Counted from the stretch's first letter, positions 1-9,014 are shown. The stretch: DNA of 20,000 bases from an uncultured virus (IMG/VR IMGVR_UViG_2061766007_000800) (IMGVR_UViG_2061766007_000800); one strand, 5' to 3'. Program-made: numbers and translations. Notes: generated by a model not told the origin, from the letters alone.

Positions 1-19
1 AAATTAAAAGAGGAAAAAT

Positions 20-574
20 ATGGCACACCCTTGTATATGTTCAGTATGCGGTAAAAAATTTGATAGAGATATAGTTCAGGCGGTAAAAAGCGGAGCAAGG
101 CGTTATGCGCATCAGACTTGTATGCCAGACGGAGAAATTGTGCCTTTGCCGCCACCTACAGAAAAGAAGCCTAAAGTAAAGAAAGAAAGTAAAGAAGACC
201 CAGAGATGAAATTGTTAAAAGACACGATAAAAGACATCTTTGGAGATAAGGCGAATTGGGCAACTTGTATAAAACAAGTTAAGACATATACAGCACCGCC
301 TTATGATTATAGTTTATCTGGTATTAGGAAGAGTTTAGTTTATTTTTATCAGATAAAGAATAACCCTATTGAGAAAGCAAATGGAAGTATTGCGATAGTT
401 CCATATATATATAAAGATGCATATGACTATTTTTATGAGTTGTTTCTTTTGGAAAATCAATTTGAAAATAAAGTAGTCGAAGAAAGAGAAGAGAGAGAGA
501 TAGTTATTCCTCCTCCAAAGTCAAGAAGAAAAATAAAACTATTCAAATTATGGAGTGATGACGAGAATGAATAA
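20..574 (+). CDS. Zn-finger replication accessory protein (SPbeta YorH-like position; possible helicase loader/partner)
   Basis: N-terminal CSVC...HQTC metal-binding motif; AAGAGG SD; overlaps the start of the helicase gene. Function inferred from position only. Confidence 0.5.
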   Translation: MAHPCICSVCGKKFDRDIVQAVKSGARRYAHQTCMPDGEIVPLPPPTEKKPKVKKESKEDPEMKLLKDTIKDIFGDKANWATCIKQVKTYTAPPYDYSLSGIRKSLVYFYQIKNNPIEKANGSIAIVPYIYKDAYDYFYELFLLENQFENKVVEEREEREIVIPPPKSRRKIKLFKLWSDDENE

Positions 575-2108
575 AGTTAAATATATAGACATAAATGCAG
601 TTTGCCATGTAATCGGAAATATCTACAAGAACCCTGATTTATTAGACCAGACCGATAAATATAATTTTATTGAAGAAGATTTTAAAAATAGTTTTCATAA
701 AATTATATTTTCAACATTAAATAATTTATATCAATTAGGAACTAATAAATTTTCTTTAGATATTATTCAAGATTATTTGGAACAAAGACCTAAGGCAAAG
801 GCAGAATATAACCTTAATAAAGGTGATGAATATATATTAAAGTGTGTAGAGTTAGTCACACCAGATACGTTCCCATATTATTATCAGAGAGTTAAGAAGA
901 TGAGTCTTCTTCAATGTTTTCAAGATAATGGTATGGATTGTTCGTGGTTGTATAATCCTGATATTCTTGATGTAAAGAAAGCACAGGAACAGGAAGATAA
1001 GTTAGATACTCTTTCTATTGAAGAAATATATGATTTAGTCAACACAAGAATTGATTTAATTAGAGAAAAATATGTTGACCAATCAGAAGATAATAGTTGT
1101 CATTTTGGTGATGGCGTTGATGAGTATCTTGAAAGTTTAAAAGGTGCACCTGCATTAGGTTATCCTTTGTTTGGTAAGTATATGAATAATGTAACAAGAG
1201 GTGCAAGATTAAGTAAGTTCTTCTTAAGGTCAGCTCCTACAGGTGTTGGTAAGACAAGAAGTATGATAGCAGATGCTTGTTATATTGGTTGTTCACAGAT
1301 GTATGATTTAAAAGAAGAGAAGTGGATAACAATAGGTGCTCCGCAGCCAACTTTATATATCCCAACAGAGCAAGATTTAAATGAGTGTCAAACAATGGCT
1401 TTGGCATTTATCGCGGGAGTGGATGAGGAACACATCTTAACTCATACATATTTAGTAGGTGAATGGGAAAGAGTTGAGAAAGCGAAAACTATTTTAAAGA
1501 ATAGTAAGATATATTTTGAAGAGATACCAGACTTCACTCTTAAAGATATTGAAAATGCAATTAAAAGACAAGTAAGAATGCATGATGTTATGTATGTATT
1601 CTTTGATTATATTCACTCAAGTCCATCTTTACTTATGGCTATTGGCGGTAAGTCGGGTGTTAAGAATTTAAGAGAAGATAATGTATTATTCTTGTTGGCT
1701 TCTGGCTTAAAAGATTTAGCAATTAAAAATGATATATTTATTATGTCAGGAACGCAGTTAAATGGTAAATGGGAAGAAACAGAAACTCCAGACCAGAACT
1801 GTTTAAGAGGTTCTAAAGCGATTGCCGATAGAATAGACTGGGGTGCGATTATGTTAGATGTCACTCCCGAAGATATTGAAAAACTTAAAAGTACATTAAC
1901 AAAGTTTGGATATGAACCACCTAATGTTAAATTAAGTATTTATAAGTATCGTCAAGGTAGATGGAAGAGCATATATCTTTGGATGAAAGCGGATAAAGCT
2001 ACTTGCAGATATGAGCCTGTATTTGCAACAGATTGGAGATATGCCTGGGTTGATTTAGGTGACCCATTAAAAATTAAAGTTGATGAAGGGAGTGCTTTCG
2101 AACTATGA
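567..2108 (+). CDS. dnaB: DnaB-like (SF4) replicative DNA helicase, SPbeta YorI-like
   Basis: Walker A APTGVGKT, PTEQ catalytic Glu, Walker B FFDYI, TQLN, LRGSKAIADRID, KYRQG arginine finger. Start moved from 555 to ATG 567, which follows GGAGTGA at 552-558. Confidence 0.9.
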   Translation: MNKVKYIDINAVCHVIGNIYKNPDLLDQTDKYNFIEEDFKNSFHKIIFSTLNNLYQLGTNKFSLDIIQDYLEQRPKAKAEYNLNKGDEYILKCVELVTPDTFPYYYQRVKKMSLLQCFQDNGMDCSWLYNPDILDVKKAQEQEDKLDTLSIEEIYDLVNTRIDLIREKYVDQSEDNSCHFGDGVDEYLESLKGAPALGYPLFGKYMNNVTRGARLSKFFLRSAPTGVGKTRSMIADACYIGCSQMYDLKEEKWITIGAPQPTLYIPTEQDLNECQTMALAFIAGVDEEHILTHTYLVGEWERVEKAKTILKNSKIYFEEIPDFTLKDIENAIKRQVRMHDVMYVFFDYIHSSPSLLMAIGGKSGVKNLREDNVLFLLASGLKDLAIKNDIFIMSGTQLNGKWEETETPDQNCLRGSKAIADRIDWGAIMLDVTPEDIEKLKSTLTKFGYEPPNVKLSIYKYRQGRWKSIYLWMKADKATCRYEPVFATDWRYAWVDLGDPLKIKVDEGSAFEL

Positions 2109-2557
2109 GTTTAATACTTGATAAAAAAGGTGCAAATAAAATGATAACTCGTACACCAGATGGTCGAGAATTTGTTTTAGAATTTCAAGGAAAAGAAATA
2201 GATTATGATGAATATATAAATTTAAAAACTCAATTAGATGAACATGTTCCCTGTATCACAGCAGATAGAAATTGGACTGTTACTATTCCAGATGCACAAA
2301 TAACTCCTAATCTTTATAATATTCTTACTACCACTGATATACCTTCTGTAGACTCTTCTATTGATACTATTAAAGAAATGATGAAAGAACTTAATGAACT
2401 AAAGAGAAGAGTAAATAGAACTGTAGCATTAGTTCATAACTGTAAGTGTTGCGGAGCGTCGCTTGAGGTAAACGAAGATAAACCAATATTCCATTGTAGA
2501 TATTGCGGAGCAACATATTTATTAGGTTCAGTACAGCCTAATAGCGTTTATAATTAA
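2105..2557 (+). CDS. Hypothetical protein with C-terminal Zn ribbon
   Basis: CKCCG-x13-CRYCG Zn ribbon preceded by a coiled-coil-like stretch; ATGA overlap with the helicase stop (alternative start 2141 after AAGGTG). Confidence 0.65.
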   Translation: MSLILDKKGANKMITRTPDGREFVLEFQGKEIDYDEYINLKTQLDEHVPCITADRNWTVTIPDAQITPNLYNILTTTDIPSVDSSIDTIKEMMKELNELKRRVNRTVALVHNCKCCGASLEVNEDKPIFHCRYCGATYLLGSVQPNSVYN

Positions 2558-2569
2558 GGAGTAAATAAT

Positions 2570-2791
2570 ATGAAACAGATTACAAGTGGAAAAGTAGATG
2601 AATATGTTGACAAAGGTGATATTAAAGACGGAGAAGTATTAACGAATGAAAGAATCGTTGCAGAACTTATCCGTTGGACAAGGGTTGTCAATTCTGAAAG
2701 TTATGAATACGAGAGATTAACTCCGTTAGTATTAACAACTGTCCTTGAACATTATGGATATGCATATGTAAAGGAAAACTCTAGCAGATAA
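2570..2791 (+). CDS. Hypothetical protein
   Basis: Strong AAGGAG SD, co-oriented, 73 aa; 3' end may be frameshifted (see findings). Confidence 0.65.
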   Translation: MKQITSGKVDEYVDKGDIKDGEVLTNERIVAELIRWTRVVNSESYEYERLTPLVLTTVLEHYGYAYVKENSSR

Positions 2792-2836
2792 AAGAAGAAG
2801 CGAACAATATAAGAGATTAAAGAAGGAAGGAATAAT

Positions 2837-3055
2837 ATGAAGACTTATAGAAAACAAATCAGACCTATGTTTGTAGGACCGATGCTTATGGGATTCGGTC
2901 AAGATTATTATCCGTTTTATGGTGAAGAAGTTTGGTTTAACGAAGAAGAAGTTACTGAATCAGACAAGATAAAATGGGAAAAAGAAATAAAAAAACATGA
3001 TTCGTGGGGCAGTATGGAAATCGAAGAAAGATTTGTTGAATACGAGGGAGAATAA
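2837..3055 (+). CDS. Hypothetical acidic protein
   Basis: AAGGA SD, tight packing with neighbours. Confidence 0.65.
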   Translation: MKTYRKQIRPMFVGPMLMGFGQDYYPFYGEEVWFNEEEVTESDKIKWEKEIKKHDSWGSMEIEERFVEYEGE

Positions 3056-3057
3056 GA

Positions 3058-3366
3058 ATGACTCATAAAACATTTTTTGATGGATTAAAGATAATTTTTG
3101 AGCGAGCAGGCGAAATCCCCGATGATGAAAAGAATTATTACGAATTTCAAAAAGCAAAAGATAATACCGTCAAACAATTCAAAAAGTGGGGTGTTGATGT
3201 TCTTGACGACAAAGGAAATTTTAAACCTTTTAATCGGATTGTTGAAGATGTTGCAAAAATTTATCCTTCAATGAGCGACGAAGATAAAGAATTTTGTCTT
3301 GAGATATTATGCGGCAAAAGAGAAACAAATTTAAAATACATTGTGAGAAGATGTTTGGAGAGGTAA
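3058..3366 (+). CDS. Small protein resembling a fragment of the TP901-type tape measure core region
   Basis: GGAG SD; WGVDVLDDKGNFKPFNRIVEDVAKIYPSMSDEDKEFCLEILCGKRETN matches by eye the LGxxVxDxxGxxxPxxxIxxxL...LSDEQK..L..L.GK pattern of tape measure cores. Confidence 0.55.
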   Translation: MTHKTFFDGLKIIFERAGEIPDDEKNYYEFQKAKDNTVKQFKKWGVDVLDDKGNFKPFNRIVEDVAKIYPSMSDEDKEFCLEILCGKRETNLKYIVRRCLER

Positions 3367-3371
3367 ATAAT

Positions 3372-3680
3372 ATGAAAATAATATCTGGTGGTTTGTTTTC
3401 CGAAGATGGTATTCATATCAGATGTGAACGATGTGAATGTGAATACGTAATTGAAGACAAAAGTGATTTTAAGTTAGATGTATTATTAGATAAGAGTATT
3501 CATTACAGTGCAATCTGTCCAGAATGTCAATATAGAAAGTATTTTGGAGATTCCATTACTGAAAGAAAAGATTGGGAAGAACGGTTTCGTATACACGATA
3601 GAGAAGAAGCAAAAAAATATAATGCTACAGATTATATTGAAATGTATGGATATTCGTTTAACATTCACATAAAGGAGTAA
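3372..3680 (+). CDS. Hypothetical Zn-ribbon protein
   Basis: CERC...CPEC pairs; start moved to ATG 3372 after GGAGAGGT. Confidence 0.65.
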   Translation: MKIISGGLFSEDGIHIRCERCECEYVIEDKSDFKLDVLLDKSIHYSAICPECQYRKYFGDSITERKDWEERFRIHDREEAKKYNATDYIEMYGYSFNIHIKE

Positions 3681-3685
3681 ATAAT

Positions 3686-3952
3686 ATGGAACAGTTATAT
3701 GATGAACCATTTAAAGAAGCCAACCCTAAGGATTTTATATATGTGCAATGGTATCCATCATGGTTTAGGGCAGGCTTTGTCGCACAGCATCCATCTAAAG
3801 AAGATTTAGAGGAATTTTATGATAATGTTAATGCTTCTGACCCGCATCATAATTCATTTGTAATAATGATATTAGAAGAAAAACATATCGGACTATTCGA
3901 AATTAATCAATATATTAAAGACAATATTTTAAAATGTTTTTTTAATACTTAA
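3686..3952 (+). CDS. Hypothetical protein
   Basis: AAGGAG SD, co-oriented, 88 aa. Confidence 0.6.
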   Translation: MEQLYDEPFKEANPKDFIYVQWYPSWFRAGFVAQHPSKEDLEEFYDNVNASDPHHNSFVIMILEEKHIGLFEINQYIKDNILKCFFNT

Positions 3953-4006
3953 CAAAAAAAGGAGCTTTTATATAACTAATCATAAAAAATATATGATAGA
4001 TACAAA

Positions 4007-4035
4007 TTGTAAAAGATAAAAAATTATTATATAAT
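4007..4035 (+). promoter_or_regulatory. SigA/sigma70-type promoter of the primase gene
   Basis: TTGTAA (4007-4012), 17-nt spacer, TATAAT (4030-4035). Confidence 0.6.
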
Positions 4036-4041
4036 TAAATT

Positions 4042-5142
4042 ATGGAATATAAATATGATAAAGACGAAATAAAAAATAAAATAACAGTTGAGCAAGTTCG
4101 TGAGTTATGTGCGGAATTGGGTGGTGAACCACAGTATATGGGAGATGTTTTAGTGTGTAAAACAATTTGCCATGGCGGTAACAGTCATAAGTTATATTAT
4201 TATGATAACACTAAACTTTTCCGTTGCTATACTGATTGTGGAACTACTTTCGACATTTTTGAATTGGTGGCTAAAGTTAAGACAAGAGAAGAACATAAAG
4301 AATATGGTCTTCCTCAAGCTTTAAGATTTGTCGCTCAATATTTTGGTTTTGCACCAAAAGAATGGGGTGACGAAGATGAATTATATAATTCTGAACTTTG
4401 GACACCTTTTACTAATTATGAAAGAGTTATAGATATAAAGCCAGAAACACAAGAGGTAGTGTTAAAGGAATATGATAATAAAGTCTTAACAAGACTTCCA
4501 CATCCTCGAATTAGACCTTGGCTTAATGAGGGTATCTCACAAGAGGTAATGGATTATCATAATATAGCCTTTGACCCAAAGCTGTATGGTATTGTTATTC
4601 CGCATTATGATATTAACAATAGATTAATAGGAATAAGAGAAAGGGCTATGATAAAGGAAAATGCAGACAGGTATGGTAAGTATCGTCCAGCCTTGATTGG
4701 AGGTATGCAATACAACCATCCGCTTGGATATAATTTATATAATCTTAATAACTCTAAAGAAAATATTAAAATAGCAAGGCGGGCAGTAGTCTTCGAAGGA
4801 GAAAAGAGTCCTATGTTATATGCGACTTATTTCGGAAAAGAAAATGATATATCTGTTGCGACTTGTGGCTCTTCATTTGTAAATTATCAATTTTGGCTTT
4901 TGTTACAGCTTGGAGTTAAAGAAATAATAATTGCTTATGATAAGCAGTTCCAAGAAAAAGGCGATAAAGAATTTGAGAAACTTACAAAGAATTTTGAGAA
5001 TATGGCTAAGAAATATGGAAATATTGTAAAATTAAGTTTCTTATTTGATAAATGGAATTTAATTGGATATAAAGATGCTCCTATTGATAGGGGTAAAGAA
5101 ATATTTGAAGAATTAGTATCAAGAAGAGTTATATTATATTAA
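4042..5142 (+). CDS. dnaG: DNA primase (Zn finger + TOPRIM), SPbeta YorJ-like
   Basis: CHGG...CYTDC Zn finger, IVIPHYD...GIRER, TOPRIM VFEGEKS, IIIAYD and YKDAPID motifs; lies between helicase and RecJ. Confidence 0.88.
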   Translation: MEYKYDKDEIKNKITVEQVRELCAELGGEPQYMGDVLVCKTICHGGNSHKLYYYDNTKLFRCYTDCGTTFDIFELVAKVKTREEHKEYGLPQALRFVAQYFGFAPKEWGDEDELYNSELWTPFTNYERVIDIKPETQEVVLKEYDNKVLTRLPHPRIRPWLNEGISQEVMDYHNIAFDPKLYGIVIPHYDINNRLIGIRERAMIKENADRYGKYRPALIGGMQYNHPLGYNLYNLNNSKENIKIARRAVVFEGEKSPMLYATYFGKENDISVATCGSSFVNYQFWLLLQLGVKEIIIAYDKQFQEKGDKEFEKLTKNFENMAKKYGNIVKLSFLFDKWNLIGYKDAPIDRGKEIFEELVSRRVILY

Positions 5143-5153
5143 GGAGAATAATA

Positions 5154-5339
5154 ATGACAGATTCAACAAAAGAGCAATTAAATTGTGTTATAAAAAGATT
5201 AACAGAGATTGTTGAAAATTGTGATGAACATTATAGAACAATAGATATAAATATTCAAATGTATTCTGTTTGGACCGCTGATGGTAGAGGTCCAGAGATA
5301 ACATATAGAATTGAAGAACCTGTTCGATTAGAAGATTAG
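5154..5339 (+). CDS. Hypothetical protein
   Basis: AAGGAG SD; fills the gap between primase and RecJ. Confidence 0.6.
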   Translation: MTDSTKEQLNCVIKRLTEIVENCDEHYRTIDINIQMYSVWTADGRGPEITYRIEEPVRLED

Positions 5340-5349
5340 GAGAATAAAA

Positions 5350-7128
5350 ATGAATTTTAAAGTATATGACGCACCACATTCAGATAATACAGTAATGCAA
5401 ATTCTTTTAAACAGAGGTTTATCTGTTGAAGAAGCTTTTAGATATATGAATTTAAGTGAAGAGAGTGTTAATAGTCCTCTTCTTTTAGGAGAAGATAAAC
5501 TTATTGCAGCAAAACAGATTATTGATAACACAATGATAAGTCAGCAAAAGATGCTGATTATAGTTGACTCGGACTGCGATGGTTTTACCTCATCCGCACT
5601 TTTTATTAACTATTTATATGAAATAAATCCTACATATGTCGAAGAATGTGTTGAATATAGATTCCATGAAGGAAAACAACATGGTTTGACAGATATGGTT
5701 GATTATATATTAAAAAAAGATTTTAAGTTAGTAGTAGTACCTGATGGCGGTAGTAATGATTATGAGCCACAAAAAATTTTAAAGGAAAATGGAATTGAAG
5801 TCATTGTACTTGACCACCATGAAGCAGGATATCTTAATAAAGATGCGATTGTTATTAATAATCAAATGTGTGATTATCCTAACAAGAGTTTCTCTGGTGT
5901 TGGTATTGTATGGCAATTTTGTAGATATATGGATGCAGAGAATGGTACTAATTATGCTGATAAGTTTATTGATTTAGTTGCTCTTGGTAATATTGGTGAT
6001 ATGATGGACTTAAGAAATCCTGAGACAAGATATGTTATCTCAAAGGGACTTAGACCAGATAATATTCAGAATCCATTTATCTATGGTATGTGGCAGAAGA
6101 ATATGTTTAAATTAACTGACGAACCTACTGCATGGGGTTATACATTCTATATTGTACCTATGGTTAATGCTTGTAACAGAAGTGGAAGTCTTGAAGATAA
6201 ACAAGTTATGTTTCAAGCTATGTTAACTAATAGAGCAGATGTAAAAGTTCCTTCAACAAAAAGAGGTCATAAAGCTGGTGAAATGGAAACTATTTGTACT
6301 CAGTCATTAAGAGTAGCAACAAATGTTAAAAGACACCAAGATAAAGCAGTAGATGAGTCAATGGCTAAACTTATTAAAAAGATAGAAGATGAAAATCTTT
6401 TACAACATAAAGTTTTATTACTTTTACTTCCTGCTGGATATATGTCTCCTAATACTGCGGGATTGGTAGCTAATAAATTAATGGCTAAATATCAAAGACC
6501 TTGTTGTGTATTAATGAAAAATGGAGATAGCTTCTCTGGTAGTGCAAGAGGTTGTGATATAATTGGAGTTACTAAATTTAAAGATATATGTGAAGCAACT
6601 AATGCTTGTGAATATACAATAGGTCACCAAGGTGCTTTTGGTTTAAGTATAAAAGTTCATTATGAAGATGATGAATTCGGAGAGGTAGATGGAGATAACT
6701 TATATCAGTTTATTGAAAAAACTGATGAAGTTTTAAAAGATATTAGTTCAGAACCTATTTACTTCGTAGATTACTTATGGGATGTAAATGAAGTTGAACC
6801 TAATAGGATTCTTGATATTGCTAAATTAGGATACCTTTGGGGTTCTAATATGCAGGAAAGTAAAGTAGGTATTAAGAATATTGAAGTATCAAAAGAAAAT
6901 GTAACAGTTATGGCAAGCAATACTTTAAAGATAACTTTACCTAATGGTGTAGCTATTATTAAATTTAGAGCAAGTGATGAAGAGATTGCCGCACTTACTC
7001 CTGCCGACGGAACTGTTACAAAAATCAACATTGTTGGCACTTGCAACCGCAATGAATGGGCGGGAGAGGTTACCCCGCAGATTTTCTTGGATGAATATGA
7101 GATACAAAGGAAGGCTTGGGTATTATAA
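5350..7128 (+). CDS. recJ: RecJ-like single-stranded DNA exonuclease (DHH/DHHA1), SPbeta YorK-like
   Basis: DSDCDG, VPDGG, LDHH, GSAR and GHQGAFG motifs, plus a C-terminal OB-like region (NEWAGEVTPQI). Confidence 0.92.
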   Translation: MNFKVYDAPHSDNTVMQILLNRGLSVEEAFRYMNLSEESVNSPLLLGEDKLIAAKQIIDNTMISQQKMLIIVDSDCDGFTSSALFINYLYEINPTYVEECVEYRFHEGKQHGLTDMVDYILKKDFKLVVVPDGGSNDYEPQKILKENGIEVIVLDHHEAGYLNKDAIVINNQMCDYPNKSFSGVGIVWQFCRYMDAENGTNYADKFIDLVALGNIGDMMDLRNPETRYVISKGLRPDNIQNPFIYGMWQKNMFKLTDEPTAWGYTFYIVPMVNACNRSGSLEDKQVMFQAMLTNRADVKVPSTKRGHKAGEMETICTQSLRVATNVKRHQDKAVDESMAKLIKKIEDENLLQHKVLLLLLPAGYMSPNTAGLVANKLMAKYQRPCCVLMKNGDSFSGSARGCDIIGVTKFKDICEATNACEYTIGHQGAFGLSIKVHYEDDEFGEVDGDNLYQFIEKTDEVLKDISSEPIYFVDYLWDVNEVEPNRILDIAKLGYLWGSNMQESKVGIKNIEVSKENVTVMASNTLKITLPNGVAIIKFRASDEEIAALTPADGTVTKINIVGTCNRNEWAGEVTPQIFLDEYEIQRKAWVL

Positions 7129-7475
7129 TGAGTTTTACTAAAAGAAGAATTTATATCTTTTATAATGATGATGCTTGGTTAGTTTCTGCCTATGCAAAAG
7201 TAATAAAAGAATTAACATTAACAGGAACTCTTATGAACATCCGCACAGAGGGATATAAAGAAATAAATATTCAAACAGATTTTATAACTATAAAATTTAT
7301 AAAATTTGAAGATTTTAAAGAGAATTGTTGTGGAGAGCGTTTTGATGAATGCTATCTTCAAGAAAGTTGTTTAAAAACAGACGCTAGAGATTATTTTAAA
7401 GCTATGATAAATATAAAAACTTGTTGTCCTAATTCTGCTTATTATTTTTTAATAAAAGATGAGATAGAAGAAGGT
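7128..7475 (+). CDS. Hypothetical protein, 3' end lost in the assembly gap
   Basis: TAATG overlap with the recJ stop; open until the N run at 7476; shows no helicase motifs. Confidence 0.6.
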
Positions 7476-7635
7476 NNNNNNNNNNNNNNNNNNNNNNNNN
7501 NNNNNNNNNNNNNNNNNNNNNNNNNNNNNNNNNNNNNNNNNNNNNNNNNNNNNNNNNNNNNNNNNNNNNNNNNNNNNNNNNNNNNNNNNNNNNNNNNNNN
7601 NNNNNNNNNNNNNNNNNNNNNNNNNNNNNNNNNNN
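7476..7635. other. Assembly/scaffold gap (160 N)
   Basis: Run of N characters. Confidence 0.99.
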
Positions 7636-7637
7636 TA

Positions 7638-8816
7638 ACTACTAAACAACAGCAAGGCTTGAATCTTGCTGTGCAGAAATTTAAAAATCACGAAAAATAT
7701 ATGGTAATATCTGGGTATGCGGGAACAGGTAAGAGTACATTGGTAAGATTTATCATTGAGGCTCTTGCCCCAGACCCTGATAGAGTTGTCTACGCAACAT
7801 TTACAGGTAAGGCGGCCGAGGTGCTTCGCCGCAAGGGTAATAAGAATGCTATGACATTACATAAACTCTTATATGAAACATACCCCTTACCCACAGGTGG
7901 TTTTAAAAGAAGACCTAAATCAACCCTTGCTCCTTATACTATTATCGTAGTAGATGAGGTATCAATGGTTCCGAAGTCTATGATAGATATGCTTTTGAGT
8001 CATAGAGCATTTGTGATTTTCCTAGGGGATCCTTTCCAATTGCCAATGATAGATAAAGGACAATCTCATAATCTACTTGACCACCCTGATGTCTTTCTTG
8101 ACGAAATTATGAGACAAGCAGCGGAATCAGAGATTATTCGATTAACAATGAAGATTAGAGCAGGTGAGTCCTTTGATTATATGAAAGGACAAGAAGTTCA
8201 AATCTTTAAACCTAATGAATTATCAACAGGCATGTTAACTTGGGCAGACCAAATTTTATGTGCAAAGAATGTTACAAGACATAATCTTAATCAGCAAGTA
8301 AGAGAACTTAATGGATTCACAGGTCTGTTACAAGAGAATGAGAAAGTAATAGTAAAAAGAAATTATTGGGAAGAATGTAATGCGGAAGGCGATGCATTAG
8401 TTAACGGCTCGACAGGTATTTTACAGCACTGGAGTGAAGATGTTATAACCGTTCCCGCAAATATTAAAATCTCACAAAAGAAAGTTTCTATTATCAGAGC
8501 AGATTTTAAGCCAGAAGTTGGTTCTACTTTTGGTAATATTGCTTTTGATAAAAACTTTTTAGTTAATGAAGAACCTTGTTTTGATTGGCGGACAGAGTAC
8601 CAGTTAAACAGGATAAAAAGACAGTCAATGGGAGCTATTGATTTAATTCCTAAGCAAATGACATATGGTTATGCTATTACTTGTCATTGTGCACAGGGTA
8701 GTGAATGGGATAAGGTTTTAGTTGTAGAAGAAAATTTTCCTTATGGTGAAGAGCATGCTAGATGGTTATATACAGCATGCACTAGAGCATCAGAAAAGCT
8801 TGTATTGATAAGATAG
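7638..8816 (+). CDS. SF1B 5'-3' helicase, RecD/Dda-like (start codon inside the gap)
   Basis: TTKQQQG Q motif, GYAGTGKS, DEVSMV, GDPFQL, MRQ, YAITCHCAQGSEW, LYTACTRA. Confidence 0.9.
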   Translation, partial: TTKQQQGLNLAVQKFKNHEKYMVISGYAGTGKSTLVRFIIEALAPDPDRVVYATFTGKAAEVLRRKGNKNAMTLHKLLYETYPLPTGGFKRRPKSTLAPYTIIVVDEVSMVPKSMIDMLLSHRAFVIFLGDPFQLPMIDKGQSHNLLDHPDVFLDEIMRQAAESEIIRLTMKIRAGESFDYMKGQEVQIFKPNELSTGMLTWADQILCAKNVTRHNLNQQVRELNGFTGLLQENEKVIVKRNYWEECNAEGDALVNGSTGILQHWSEDVITVPANIKISQKKVSIIRADFKPEVGSTFGNIAFDKNFLVNEEPCFDWRTEYQLNRIKRQSMGAIDLIPKQMTYGYAITCHCAQGSEWDKVLVVEENFPYGEEHARWLYTACTRASEKLVLIR

Positions 8817-8828
8817 GAGAATATAATT

Positions 8829-9014
8829 ATGGCGGAATTTAAAACATTTGAAAGTATTGATAAATGGGTAGAAAAACATCTTGAAACTTGTAGAACACAA
8901 ACAGCTGCTGGAGAACAATTTGAATATCGTTTTTTCCCAACGGGAATTGGAGATCTTCAAACTGTATATTGTTGTCGTTGTGGGGCAAAATTTGAAGATG
9001 ATAGTATTGGATAA
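8829..9014 (+). CDS. Small putative Zn-binding protein
   Basis: AGGAG SD; HxxxC ... FFPTGIG ... CCRCG. Confidence 0.65.
   Translation: MAEFKTFESIDKWVEKHLETCRTQTAAGEQFEYRFFPTGIGDLQTVYCCRCGAKFEDDSIG

Noticed and set aside
3979..3997. Inverted repeat ATCATA-N7-TATGAT upstream of the primase promoter
   Set aside because: A 6-bp arm in very AT-rich DNA is expected by chance; no second copy was noticed.
7116..8816. 566-aa fusion of an unknown domain to the helicase in the ORF track
   Set aside because: Artefact of translating through 160 N. The helicase Q motif right after the gap marks its N-terminus, so two genes are more likely.
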